This document shows, in pieces, positions 9,892 through 19,761 of a stretch of DNA of 43,876 bases (within the stretch, counting starts at the first letter, position 1; every line of letters starts with the position of its first letter). Made by a program: the position numbers and the translations under genes. The notes below the pieces were generated by a model. The model saw only the letters and a list, made by a program, of their open reading frames with translations. It had not been told where the DNA came from and searched no databases. Source of the stretch: a virus (lineage: Duplodnaviria; Heunggongvirae; Uroviricota; Caudoviricetes); IMG/VR virus record IMGVR_UViG_3300020577_007897; one strand, written 5' to 3'.

Positions 9892-11127
9892 ATGAAAACA
9901 TTTGCTACTTTTGTCGTAGAAGAAACTGCTTCTGCTAATCCAACCTTCGAAGATCTAAAGCCAACTCGTGTTGATAGACACTGGAATCGTTATGTTACTC
10001 CCAAAAAGAAAAATGGAGGGGATGCAAAGTTCCAGTTAGCGCGAGATGTACCAGCAGCTGGTTTTAAAGCTGGTGATACAGTGCGTATTGCAAGCAAATC
10101 TCCAACTTGGAAGCCCTTAAAGGTCGGCGGAAAAGAGAAGCCTGTAGCTCACGTAACTGTTCAGCATCCTGAAACAGGAAAGAAAGCTACGATTAGAATG
10201 AGCCATCTGCACAGCGAACCAGGTAAAAAGATTGGTCGCTTTAATGATGAGCACGCATTCGTTTCAATGGGTAATTATGCTATGCAACATGGCATATCAT
10301 CTGCTCATGAAATGCAACAGCATATTGAACACGCCAAGAGCAATCCTAAGCACCCTCTACATTTTGGCAATGTCGGTCATGATAAGTTCTTTGGCGCAAC
10401 AAAGAACGCCAAGTCTGAATCATCATATTATAACGAAATGCATGATGTAACAGGCACCATCGAAGCTATGGCAAATCATCCTTCATTCAAAAAGCATTGG
10501 CATTCTGGTTCAAGCCTTAATCAGATGGGCGCATCTTCATATAAAGTTCATGACGAATTTGATGGTAAAACTCGTACTGTTACAAGCAAAGCTGACGTTG
10601 CTCATTTTGTTTCTAATGGTAAAAAAATTGGTACTATTTCCTTGAAGCATGGCCCTGCACAGGCAATGTCTGGCGGCGCGGCAGATACTACTCGAGTATA
10701 TCACCACGCTATTAAGAGCTTGGGTGTATCAGATGATCATCCTCTTCATAAGCATGTTAAGAAGCTACAAAAGCTACTTTCAAGACCTAATCATTCTAAA
10801 GAAGATTTTGGTGAAATTAATAAGCATATCGATAAGATGCACGCATCCCACCCCGGTCTTGGCCAAGCTGTTTACAACACAGCTATGAAAGGCCCTTATC
10901 TTCCTAAAGAAGGTCAAGCACAATTTGTTGCTGCAACACCAATGAGATCAGAAGCTGCTAGAAGACTTAAGAAGCCTCTTGCACCTTCGTTTGTTGGAAC
11001 AACTGAGAAGTATGTTGAGCATATTCATAAAAAGGGCAAAGGTGCAATTCCAAAAGCATGGCCCGGCAAGACCTCATCAATGGTAGAGAAGGGTGAACCT
11101 TCTGTACGTCTAACAACACCAGGGTAA
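9892..11127 (+). CDS. late His/Lys-rich protein, possible PD-(D/E)XK-like domain, capsid-targeting-like N-terminus
   Basis: ATAAATA 9846-9852 upstream; N-terminus MKTFATFVVEE; KADV...ISLKHG. Confidence 0.65.
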   Translation: MKTFATFVVEETASANPTFEDLKPTRVDRHWNRYVTPKKKNGGDAKFQLARDVPAAGFKAGDTVRIASKSPTWKPLKVGGKEKPVAHVTVQHPETGKKATIRMSHLHSEPGKKIGRFNDEHAFVSMGNYAMQHGISSAHEMQQHIEHAKSNPKHPLHFGNVGHDKFFGATKNAKSESSYYNEMHDVTGTIEAMANHPSFKKHWHSGSSLNQMGASSYKVHDEFDGKTRTVTSKADVAHFVSNGKKIGTISLKHGPAQAMSGGAADTTRVYHHAIKSLGVSDDHPLHKHVKKLQKLLSRPNHSKEDFGEINKHIDKMHASHPGLGQAVYNTAMKGPYLPKEGQAQFVAATPMRSEAARRLKKPLAPSFVGTTEKYVEHIHKKGKGAIPKAWPGKTSSMVEKGEPSVRLTTPG

Positions 11128-12341
11128 TGATGATCAAGTTTAAAACATTGCTTGAATCTTGGCAGCTTAAGCCAGACAAAGGTGTTCCTCATATTGAGCA
11201 CGTACATCATCTTCAAAAGGATGATACGCATCGTGCTGCGCAATTCTCTCTGGATGTATTGCACGATGTGCATAACCGTTTGCAGGGAAAGCCAGGTAAC
11301 CCAGAAATGCGTTATACTGGCAAAGTTGATGACAGAATGTCAACCAAAGTTGCAAAGGTAAATGGCAAGGTATCAGTAGGATACAAAGGACACTCAGCTC
11401 CTATGTTATCTTCACAAGCTGATATCGATAAGCATTATAATGATAAGCCTCATGTTCATGGCGCTCTATCTCATTTACTACAACATGCGCATAAGATTAT
11501 TCCTCACGATGAAAATAATGTACAATATCAGGTTGGCCTAATTCATTCTGGCGATTCATCTGCTATCTCCAAAAGAGAAGGTGGGTCTGTAACACCCAAT
11601 ACAATCACTTATAAGTACAAGTCACCCAAGCAAACTGCCAAGATTGGCGTATCTGTAATCTCCAAAACTCATCTGGACCATACTGGTGCACAGAAGTCAA
11701 TGACCCAGAACTTTGACATCTCTAAGCATAATACACATCCAGATGTAGAGGTGATGGATAATAAAATTGACTTTACAAAAGCTTCTGCAGCATATCATCC
11801 AGCTCATCAAGCACAATTTGAAAAGCATTTTAATCAAGCATCAGCTATTCATGCTGACATGAGTAAGAATGGCCATTATGATCATTTGGCCGGCCACCAT
11901 GAACATATGCAAGCGTATCTCAATTCTCATATTAGAAGCGGAACTGAGGCTCCTTCCGATCATGTTGCTGGTTATAAGAATTATCTAAGCAGCCAAGGTG
12001 AAAAAGAAGCAGCTAAATTAAAAAGACCAGCTTCCCAAGCCGTTAAGCGTACTGCTTTTAACAATATGTCTTCGCATGTTGATCAGCACAAAGAAGCATT
12101 TTCTAATGCATTTAATTTGATGCACCATCTTAAGTCTGCTTCACAATCAATGGGAAGAGCATTATCACACGCAACGTTCCCAACGGTTGAACAGTCTATT
12201 AATGGAAAGAAAGTTCAGGGTGAAGGTATGGTTGTATCGAGAGATAATCATAAGACTGGTGCAATGGAAACAATGAAGATGGTACCACACGAATTTACTG
12301 CTGCTAACTTTGCTAGATCAGCTGCATTTAAGAAGAAGTAA
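11127..12341 (+). CDS. conserved T4-like protein preceding cytidyltransferase (possibly ligase-like fold)
   Basis: PHIEH N-terminus, TGKVDD, GEGMVV, MKMV..EF..ANF. Confidence 0.6.
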   Translation: MMIKFKTLLESWQLKPDKGVPHIEHVHHLQKDDTHRAAQFSLDVLHDVHNRLQGKPGNPEMRYTGKVDDRMSTKVAKVNGKVSVGYKGHSAPMLSSQADIDKHYNDKPHVHGALSHLLQHAHKIIPHDENNVQYQVGLIHSGDSSAISKREGGSVTPNTITYKYKSPKQTAKIGVSVISKTHLDHTGAQKSMTQNFDISKHNTHPDVEVMDNKIDFTKASAAYHPAHQAQFEKHFNQASAIHADMSKNGHYDHLAGHHEHMQAYLNSHIRSGTEAPSDHVAGYKNYLSSQGEKEAAKLKRPASQAVKRTAFNNMSSHVDQHKEAFSNAFNLMHHLKSASQSMGRALSHATFPTVEQSINGKKVQGEGMVVSRDNHKTGAMETMKMVPHEFTAANFARSAAFKKK

Positions 12342-12342
12342 T

Positions 12343-13029
12343 ATGCTAAGATTTTTAAAATTCTTTTTTACAGAAAGTGCAAAAGGTGGTGTAGTTACTA
12401 CCTTTATGAAAGCTCGTATTCCTACACTTGCGCATAAAGGTGTAGTTGATTCTATGAAAGACTTTGCTGCAAAAAATAAGATGTCTTCTGTTGTTAAGCT
12501 TTCTGGTACTAATCAACCTCTTTCTGGTGAACAAAAGAAAGCACATGCTGAACGCCTATTTCAACACCCAGTTGAATTAGCTGATAAGAGCACAGGCTCG
12601 TTTGTTTCACATCTACAAAATCTAGCTTCTAGAGGTCATACAGAAGCTCATGTGTTTGTAGGATCAGACCGCGCGCATGAAATTCAGCGTATTGCTGATC
12701 ATCATAATTTGAATAATAATGCTGGGTATATTGATAAAAAAGGTAACAAAGCGTTTCAATTCCCAGGTGGTATTCATGTTCATCAATTTGGATCCGATCG
12801 TCTTGATCTTGATCATCCTAATAGCCCTGAAGAGCACAAAGTAAGTAAAATTCATCCTACCAAGATGAATCCTGACCAAATTAAACGTTCTACATCTGCA
12901 ACTAGGCTTCAAAACTTGGCTTCTGCAGGTGATTATCATGGCTTTAAAGCATATCACCCAGGTGTTGATGAGAAGCATGTTAAAGGCTTATACAACGATA
13001 TTCGTAAAGGCCTCTCTAGCTCCAAGTAA
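12343..13029 (+). CDS. cytidyltransferase-like (HIGH-type nucleotidyltransferase) protein
   Basis: FMKARIPTLAH (degenerate HIGH region), VFVGSDR, SATRLQ...GDY..F. Confidence 0.65.
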   Translation: MLRFLKFFFTESAKGGVVTTFMKARIPTLAHKGVVDSMKDFAAKNKMSSVVKLSGTNQPLSGEQKKAHAERLFQHPVELADKSTGSFVSHLQNLASRGHTEAHVFVGSDRAHEIQRIADHHNLNNNAGYIDKKGNKAFQFPGGIHVHQFGSDRLDLDHPNSPEEHKVSKIHPTKMNPDQIKRSTSATRLQNLASAGDYHGFKAYHPGVDEKHVKGLYNDIRKGLSSSK

Positions 13030-13064
13030 TTATAAATAAGATAAAACACCAAACTGGAGGATCC

Positions 13065-13328
13065 ATGCAGGTAGTTAAGATAACTAACACTGAAATTACG
13101 CTGTCAGCCACAGCTAATAACATTTATAGTGCAAAGTGTGTATTGCTTGTTAATGCAAATACAACAACTAAGCACGTTATTACACAAGCTTATGCAAATG
13201 CCAACGTTATTTCTACATTCACAATTGCACCATTCGAATCACGCGCTGTTGTAAAGGGCCCTACTGATACCTTTAAGGTCGACGCTGGTTCTGACGTAGG
13301 TGCTGTTCCTATTACATTCTCTTACTAA
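13065..13328 (+). CDS. late hypothetical (probable virion) protein
   Basis: TATAAATA 13031-13038, SD GGAGG. Confidence 0.7.
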   Translation: MQVVKITNTEITLSATANNIYSAKCVLLVNANTTTKHVITQAYANANVISTFTIAPFESRAVVKGPTDTFKVDAGSDVGAVPITFSY

Positions 13329-13329
13329 T

Positions 13330-13740
13330 ATGGAAACAGAAAATCCATTCATTAGAGTTGGTGGAAAGAAGAAAGCGAAGAAGACTGATATGGGTATTGT
13401 TCCAACAAATTCAAGCGCAGCAACAAATTCAAATGCTATGGCAGAAGATAAGAATTGCAAGCGCGTTAAGAAGATTAAATCAATTGTAGAAGCTCGTAAT
13501 CAATTTAGAGCAGCTGGGGCAGGTGGAGCTAGAGGCGGCGGTGTTATCCGTAAAGGATCAAAAGGAACTCGCAAGTCTCCTGTTACAATGCAGAAGAAAG
13601 CTATTTCTCAAGTATCGCAGACTGTTCGCAAAGCTGGTATTGGTCAAAAGCAGGCTGCAGCCATTGCAATTGCAAAGCAGAGAGCTCAGGGCAATATTGC
13701 ACAGGCCCGTCAAAAGAATTCACAATATAGAGTTAATTAA
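13330..13740 (+). CDS. basic hypothetical protein
   Basis: Lys/Ala-rich ORF coupled to neighbours. Confidence 0.6.
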   Translation: METENPFIRVGGKKKAKKTDMGIVPTNSSAATNSNAMAEDKNCKRVKKIKSIVEARNQFRAAGAGGARGGGVIRKGSKGTRKSPVTMQKKAISQVSQTVRKAGIGQKQAAAIAIAKQRAQGNIAQARQKNSQYRVN

Positions 13741-14177
13741 TGGATCAGTTGGCCAACCAGCTTAAGAAGGTATTAGCAAGTACCTTCTCAATGTATTTGA
13801 AAGCACATAATTTTCATTGGAATGTAGAGGGTCGCTGCTTTGCATCTGATCATGCATTCTTTGATTCTTTGTATAATGAGCTGTGGGGCGCTATTGATCC
13901 TATTGCTGAACATATTAGAGCTATCGGTGCATATTCACCAGGCGGGCTTAAACGCTTTACAGAATTAACATCTGTAGAAGATGCTCCACCTGAGATATTA
14001 AATGCAGCTGAAATGTATGTTGTGTTGTTGAAAGATAATACTACAGTCATGACAGAGCTAACTGCAGCATATAAATTAGCAGAAGCAGCTGGACAAGCAG
14101 GGCTGGCAAACTTTCTGCAAGATAGAATCGATATACATGCTAAACACGGCTGGATGCTAAGAAGTGTAACCAAATGA
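13740..14177 (+). CDS. dps: Dps / ferritin-like DNA-protection protein
   Basis: HNFHWNVEG, H.FF..LY.EL...D.IAE.IR.IG, HAKHGWML. Confidence 0.92.
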   Translation: MDQLANQLKKVLASTFSMYLKAHNFHWNVEGRCFASDHAFFDSLYNELWGAIDPIAEHIRAIGAYSPGGLKRFTELTSVEDAPPEILNAAEMYVVLLKDNTTVMTELTAAYKLAEAAGQAGLANFLQDRIDIHAKHGWMLRSVTK

Positions 14178-14292
14178 TAAAAATGCTTTCATACCTAAGA
14201 GGAAGATTAGCCAAGCTTAAGTCTGATCCACAGGCATGGCAGCATCACCGTAATATGCAAAAGATAAGACAAAGAATTCAGGATACAGAATA

Positions 14293-15429
14293 ATGGCTTC
14301 GTTTCTAACATTGGTGTCGCGTTATCTTGGCAAGAAGAAGAAGTTTGTCGAGAAGCAAAAGGTAACTGCCGAGAAAGACAAGAAAAAGAAAGCAAAGCAA
14401 TTTGCTGCTGATTATCCTTCTCACGACAAGCAATTAAAGTCATGGGAAAAGACCTATGGTGAAAAGAAGCAAAAGGCTGATGCTAAGTTTGAAGGTGAAC
14501 GTAAGAAGCGAGTAATGAAAGCACGTGCAATGGGCCCTGCTCTTCGTAAGAAGAAGTATCGTTCAGCATCTGTTTATATGGTCAAAGATCCTTTTACCAA
14601 GCCACCTACAAAGCCTAGAGGCGCTGGCAAGACGACATATCTTACCAAGAAAGCTAAGAAGAAAAACGATTTTATCACGAAAATGAATGCTCCAATTAAA
14701 GAAGAGCTATTAAAGGAATCCACCAGAATGGCCATGCCTCCAATTAGAGGAATATCTCAAAGTCTGATCGATGCAGTAAAGCAGGCTCAGACAAATCAGC
14801 CCGCATCCATCGATAAACCACTTGATATGTCCCTTAAGGGAGTAGATAATAAGCAGTCGATCAAGGAAAGCCATCCTTCTGATGCTCATTTCATCAAGCA
14901 ACAAATTGATGGCCATCGTAAAGCTGCAGCCGAAGCTAAGAAGCGTGGTGACCATCACCGTGCCATGGCTCACGAACAGCAAGCTCGTGACTATGAACAG
15001 CATGGTATGAGTGGTTCTAGATTTGAAACATCGTCTGGTTTAAAATATGAGGAAGTGAACATGGAAGATACTGTGACAGAAGGTGCAAAGAAGATTAAGC
15101 TTACTCCTGGTATGAAGCCCAAGGATTTCAAAGCAGCAAAAACTGCTATGAAGCAAAAAGTTGTGGCAAAGGCTAAGAAGGCCGCAGCCAAAAAGAAAGC
15201 TGCTCCTTCTATGCCCAAGGTTTCATCTGCACCAGAAGCAAAGCCTGAGGAAGAAGACGATAAGATGCTATCGCGCTTGCTTAAGGGCAAGCTAAAGCAT
15301 GGTGATCATCCTCACCTTGCAAAAGCTATTGTATCAAAGATCCGCACGACTCATGTAAAAGACCGTGCTGAGATGCAAAAGAAGATTTATCATGCAAAGA
15401 GCGGCGAGCTAGATTCTCTGCTTAAATAA
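14293..15429 (+). CDS. Lys-rich protein, candidate internal head protein
   Basis: very basic; repeated (I/V)xE motifs (IKEE, IKES, VTEG) like prohead protease sites. Confidence 0.55.
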   Translation: MASFLTLVSRYLGKKKKFVEKQKVTAEKDKKKKAKQFAADYPSHDKQLKSWEKTYGEKKQKADAKFEGERKKRVMKARAMGPALRKKKYRSASVYMVKDPFTKPPTKPRGAGKTTYLTKKAKKKNDFITKMNAPIKEELLKESTRMAMPPIRGISQSLIDAVKQAQTNQPASIDKPLDMSLKGVDNKQSIKESHPSDAHFIKQQIDGHRKAAAEAKKRGDHHRAMAHEQQARDYEQHGMSGSRFETSSGLKYEEVNMEDTVTEGAKKIKLTPGMKPKDFKAAKTAMKQKVVAKAKKAAAKKKAAPSMPKVSSAPEAKPEEEDDKMLSRLLKGKLKHGDHPHLAKAIVSKIRTTHVKDRAEMQKKIYHAKSGELDSLLK

Positions 15430-15506
15430 GATTAACAATGTGACATATCTAGATTACTAAATACTAGATACCTTTATTATAAGAATAACAAACGAAGGAG
15501 CTAGAT

Positions 15507-16157
15507 ATGCCATTGTGGAGAGGTACAGACGTAGCAAATAGTGCCCCTATTTTCGCGCCTGCTTATTTTAAAAAAGCGCCTACACGCGCAAACGCAAACC
15601 TACTATATGGAAATACAACTGCTAATAACTTGATTGCCGGTATTACCGTTGCAACGCAAGCTATTAACAGCGCCGAAATGCGCGCATACCGCGCAGGTAA
15701 AATTGCTCGTCCTGCACATCAAGGCTGGGTAACTAAGAAGACAGGTCAGGGCGGCCGCGCAAATAGAATTCAATATGAAGTTCTAGTTGCAGGTGGAATC
15801 GCAACTGACGCTGTTATTGAAGATGGTAATTACGCACTTGTATTTACTGCACAGCCAGCCAACTCAACAGTTAGCGCTTCAAATACAACAGCTAACCAGG
15901 GCTTCTTTACAGTTTCTGCCGCTTCAGTACCTACAGGCGCGACGCTTTCATATTACTGGCAGCGTTGGAACGGTTCAGCATTTGCTAACGTAACTGCAAA
16001 CGCAACATACGCTAACGTTACCGGTACAACTCTTGTAGTATCTGCTAACACACTTGCAACCAATACAGACATTCTACGTTGTATTGTTGCATCTGCTAAC
16101 GCTGTTATTGCAAACAACGTTGCATCTGTTAACGCATATCTTACCAAGATCGCCTAA
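15507..16157 (+). CDS. virion structural protein with C-terminal Ig-like domain
   Basis: CTAAATA 15457-15463, SD AAGGAG; MPLW N-terminus; FTAQPAN.TV...FTV.A...LSYYWQ Ig-like pattern. Confidence 0.7.
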   Translation: MPLWRGTDVANSAPIFAPAYFKKAPTRANANLLYGNTTANNLIAGITVATQAINSAEMRAYRAGKIARPAHQGWVTKKTGQGGRANRIQYEVLVAGGIATDAVIEDGNYALVFTAQPANSTVSASNTTANQGFFTVSAASVPTGATLSYYWQRWNGSAFANVTANATYANVTGTTLVVSANTLATNTDILRCIVASANAVIANNVASVNAYLTKIA

Positions 16158-16166
16158 GAGTAAGCC

Positions 16167-16409
16167 ATGTCCGACGGTTCAAAAGTCATTTCAGATCTTG
16201 CTCCGTTGGCAGCGGCTAACGCAAATACGGAGTTGGTTGTTGTCCTTACTTCAAATGGATCAACCAACTCCTACAACCTTCCTATTGTAAACGCTTTCGC
16301 CTTTGTACCTGGTCCATATGCAAATGATGCTGTGGCCAATACAAATGGTGTGGGCGTTAAATCTATCTATTACGATTCAACTGGTGCCCTTCACATAAGA
16401 CTTACTTAA
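16167..16409 (+). CDS. hypothetical (virion) protein
   Basis: in late operon; Ala/Asn-rich. Confidence 0.6.
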   Translation: MSDGSKVISDLAPLAAANANTELVVVLTSNGSTNSYNLPIVNAFAFVPGPYANDAVANTNGVGVKSIYYDSTGALHIRLT

Positions 16410-16801
16410 TGATCCTTGAAGACCTGAATGAGTCCAATTTTATATTATATTGTGCTAAGAATTATGATGGTAGATTTTATTCGTCTACCGAAGACTTCTT
16501 TAATGACTTGAACAAAATTGGCTACATCAAAAAATTACTTACCAGATATATTGAGAAGGGTGAACTTAAAGAACGCCTAATACTCAATCACATCATTGTA
16601 CTCAACAACTTGTTTGGCCCAGAAGCCACTACAAGAATTTTATTTCTCAAACTTTCCGATCAATTAAAATATCTAAAACCTTTTTTATTGGCTCTTAACA
16701 TATTACCACAGTATGTATACAAGGTCAACGGACAAGAGGCTATAAATACTGATCTAATTGAGATGGACCCTGCAATAATCCAAGCCTTGAGGAAGATATG
16801 A
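16409..16801 (+). CDS. conserved T4-like hypothetical protein
   Basis: GELKERLILNHIIVLNNLFG motif typical of T4-like phages. Confidence 0.75.
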   Translation: MILEDLNESNFILYCAKNYDGRFYSSTEDFFNDLNKIGYIKKLLTRYIEKGELKERLILNHIIVLNNLFGPEATTRILFLKLSDQLKYLKPFLLALNILPQYVYKVNGQEAINTDLIEMDPAIIQALRKI

Positions 16802-16935
16802 AGACATTTATTCGATACCTCGAGGAAGAAGTAGCCGCGAATTGCATCGGTGGCGGCCAAATCGCTACCTTTGATCCTGTCATGAAAATCCAAAAATCTA
16901 TTCAGCGTCGCAAGGATGCTAAGACAGGAAAATAA
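16798..16935 (+). CDS. 45-aa protein with capsid-targeting-like N-terminus (not in ORF track)
   Basis: ATGA overlap with upstream stop, TAAATG junction downstream; MKTFIRYLEEEVAANCIGGGQIA... Confidence 0.7.
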   Translation: MKTFIRYLEEEVAANCIGGGQIATFDPVMKIQKSIQRRKDAKTGK

Positions 16936-17154
16936 ATGGCATTGACCGAAAAAGATCGTGACCTTCTTATTCATCATGATGAAAAAATTGACAATCTAGA
17001 GAAGACCGTTGTAGAACTTAAGCAAGAGCTACGCGAACAGTATGTAACCAAGACAGAATTTAACCCAGTGCAGCGCGCCGTGTATGCTGCAATAGGCTTT
17101 ATATTGACTGGTTTCTTAGGTGCAGTTTTAACACTTGTTCTTAAGGCACATTAA
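16936..17154 (+). CDS. small coiled-coil + TM protein (holin-like)
   Basis: N-terminal coiled coil, single C-terminal TM helix. Confidence 0.55.
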   Translation: MALTEKDRDLLIHHDEKIDNLEKTVVELKQELREQYVTKTEFNPVQRAVYAAIGFILTGFLGAVLTLVLKAH

Positions 17155-17654
17155 TGTTTGCACACAGAGTAGCTCTCAACACCCTATCTGCAATTTTAGT
17201 AGTTGCAATTCTTTATCTCTTGGCATGTCTGGTGGACATGCACGTAACACCTTTCACTGAAACTGTCAAAAGCCTTGACATTATTAATTCAAAAGGTGTT
17301 ATTGTATCTTCACACCATGATAAACAGATTAATCTAGAAGTACGTAGAGGAGAAACCATCTCTTTCAATGTACGTTATTATACCATGCATAATGCCCAAT
17401 TGCAAGTAAAACGTTACCTGGTTGGGCCAAATAATGTTCAACGTGAACTATCAGAATATACCGAGTATTTTAGTGTGGCTGGAGACATTAGAGATTCAGT
17501 TGTAATGTATCCTATCCCTCATTCTGCTCCTCTGGGTTGTGGATATACTCTATATTCACACGTAGATGTAACCTATCCGTTCAACATCCTAATGCGCATT
17601 GCTCCTATTGATAAGAACATTGCACGCGGGTCATCATTCTGTATTACTGAATAA
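17154..17654 (+). CDS. membrane-anchored hypothetical protein
   Basis: N-terminal TM helix; coupled to upstream gene. Confidence 0.6.
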   Translation: MFAHRVALNTLSAILVVAILYLLACLVDMHVTPFTETVKSLDIINSKGVIVSSHHDKQINLEVRRGETISFNVRYYTMHNAQLQVKRYLVGPNNVQRELSEYTEYFSVAGDIRDSVVMYPIPHSAPLGCGYTLYSHVDVTYPFNILMRIAPIDKNIARGSSFCITE

Positions 17655-17881
17655 GGTATTGTCATGCAAACAATTCGCTCTTTTTCCAACACTTGTTTTG
17701 TAAGAATTTTTCAAGCTGCTGAAAAGCACGAGTTCATCCGATGGGCAGGAGTAGGGATAGTAGTTGCTGTTGTAGTGATGTTTCCGTTCTTAATGCTCCA
17801 TCATTAAAGGCTTGCATGGTCTCTAATTAGCGCTATAATCACTATGTGGTTTCAAGTAGTATAATTATAATATGGATATTG

Positions 17882-18934
17882 ATGATGTCGTGGGTAGAAC
17901 AAAAGTATATGAATCTACTGGGTGTACAGCTCGATAGGTTTAAACAAGTAGGTCCTGATCTCTGGAACTTTAGATGTGTCTACTGTGGAGATTCGGATAA
18001 AAGCAAGCGTAAGGCAAGAGCTTACGTATTTGAAAAGACTAATAAGTATTTTTATCATTGCCATAATTGTAAAGAGAGTCATCATCTCAATACGTTCATG
18101 GCATTTATCAATCCTGACTTATTTGATCAGTATAAGCGAGAGCTTCTACAATATGATCCAAGTAAGGCCAAGATTGAGAAACCAAAACCTGTAAGACTTT
18201 CTAACGATACTCTTAAAGAACTGGTAAAGGTGTCAGCGTTGCCACCTAATCATTCTTGCAAGAAGTATGTAGTAAGTCGACAGATTCCAACAACATACCA
18301 TCATAAGCTTTTCTATACGGATAGCTTTATGAAATGGACCAATACAATGCTGGCGGGAAAGTTCTCTGACTCAGCATTGATCTATGATGGTCCGCGATTG
18401 GTAATTCCGTTGTTGGATAAGAACAACAAAATGTTTGGTTTTCAGGGAAGAGCTCTGAATTCTGAGGATCAGATTCGCTATATATCTATCCTGCTTGATG
18501 AAGAGAAGCCCAAGCTGTATGGCCTTGATACTGTAGATGTTAATAGGCGTTTCTTCTGTTTGGAAGGTCCATTTGACTCTATGTTTATTGAGAACTCTAT
18601 AGCATCACTTGGTTCGCGTATGGATACTGCTTTAGAGAAGTGGGATTTTCCAAAAGAGAATTGTGTGATTGTATATGATAATCAGCCGCGTAATTTGGAT
18701 GTTATCAAGAATATGTTGCATGCTGTAAGGAGAGGGTATAATATATGTGTATGGCCCAACTCACCCGATCATAAAGAAGATATCAACGAACTGATTCTTC
18801 GTAAGGTAAGTGGCACTTATGTGAAAACTGAGCTGGTCTTAGCAGCTGGAACGCGCATTCGTCAAACGATCGAACAGCGCGTTTTTTGTGGGCTGGCGGC
18901 TGAGCTTGAAATTTCGAAATGGAGAAGAGTGTAA
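17882..18934 (+). CDS. 61: DNA primase (T4 gp61)
   Basis: Zn finger FRCVYCGDS...CHNC; RLVIP, GFQGR, KLYG, EGPFDS, YDNQPRN, DINE. Confidence 0.96.
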   Translation: MMSWVEQKYMNLLGVQLDRFKQVGPDLWNFRCVYCGDSDKSKRKARAYVFEKTNKYFYHCHNCKESHHLNTFMAFINPDLFDQYKRELLQYDPSKAKIEKPKPVRLSNDTLKELVKVSALPPNHSCKKYVVSRQIPTTYHHKLFYTDSFMKWTNTMLAGKFSDSALIYDGPRLVIPLLDKNNKMFGFQGRALNSEDQIRYISILLDEEKPKLYGLDTVDVNRRFFCLEGPFDSMFIENSIASLGSRMDTALEKWDFPKENCVIVYDNQPRNLDVIKNMLHAVRRGYNICVWPNSPDHKEDINELILRKVSGTYVKTELVLAAGTRIRQTIEQRVFCGLAAELEISKWRRV

Positions 18935-19200
18935 TGAGTGGCGGTTTCGCATTATTTTTTGTATTGTTAGGTTTCCTAGCACTTATGGCAATGTGGATTA
19001 GAACGCTGCATATCTTTGCAGGTGGTGCTGGTAATTGGCAAAATGTGTTTCGTTGCAAGGGATGTGGAAATACATCGCATTGGAGTCATCAATTTAGGCC
19101 GTGTGGCCATTGTGCGTCAATGGATCATCCAGAACAGTTAATTGGACGTGAGCGATTTTTTGGTGGTTGGGATATTAAAGGTGAAGGTGAACATGGCTAA
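18934..19200 (+). CDS. hypothetical protein (TM + CxxC pairs)
   Basis: TAATG coupling to primase; CKGC and CGHC. Confidence 0.55.
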   Translation: MSGGFALFFVLLGFLALMAMWIRTLHIFAGGAGNWQNVFRCKGCGNTSHWSHQFRPCGHCASMDHPEQLIGRERFFGGWDIKGEGEHG

Positions 19201-19573
19201 AGAAGATCATGCAGATTTGAAGAACAGATCTACTGTACCGTTTCATGAGATGGTAGATCTTTCAAATCAGCGTAGAATTACAGTAGAGAACAATATGCCG
19301 ATTACGGCTGCTGAAGCTGCAAAGATTGCTGAATCAGTTTATGCTTTTAATCAGAATGCTTATGACAATGCATTGAGACATGCATATTCTAACATTCGTG
19401 CTATGGCGCGCGACGGAAAAAGATATGTTAGCTTGAACACCGGTATTTGGAGCACAGGTGAATCTGATCCTAAGTGTAATGCAACATTTAAAGCTGTTGT
19501 TGAACAACTTCAACGAGATGGTTTTATTGTCAAACATTATGCTGGTGGTAAATTTACAGAAATTTCATGGTAA
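19193..19573 (+). CDS. hypothetical protein
   Basis: SD AAGGTG; coupled ORF. Confidence 0.55.
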   Translation: MAKEDHADLKNRSTVPFHEMVDLSNQRRITVENNMPITAAEAAKIAESVYAFNQNAYDNALRHAYSNIRAMARDGKRYVSLNTGIWSTGESDPKCNATFKAVVEQLQRDGFIVKHYAGGKFTEISW

Positions 19574-19761
19574 TTGATAAACCAGTTAAGAATGTTTACT
19601 GCATTGACAAGGAAGATCTAGTCGTGCGTGTCAAATGTGGTGTATGTAAGCAATGCTGGATGTTTGTTCAATCTTATAAAAATTCAAAGAACGGTGGATG
19701 TGTCTATGGTGGTCCCTTCAAAGGATACGATAGAAAAGATGTTGAGAAAAGAGAAGCGTGA
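19567..19761 (+). CDS. hypothetical protein (CxxC)
   Basis: CGVC...CVYGGPF. Confidence 0.5.
   Translation: MVIDKPVKNVYCIDKEDLVVRVKCGVCKQCWMFVQSYKNSKNGGCVYGGPFKGYDRKDVEKREA

Noticed and set aside
16-15290. Numerous 60-110 aa minus-strand and alternate-frame ORFs in the track
   Set aside because: Overlap well-supported genes, lack SD/promoter context and motifs
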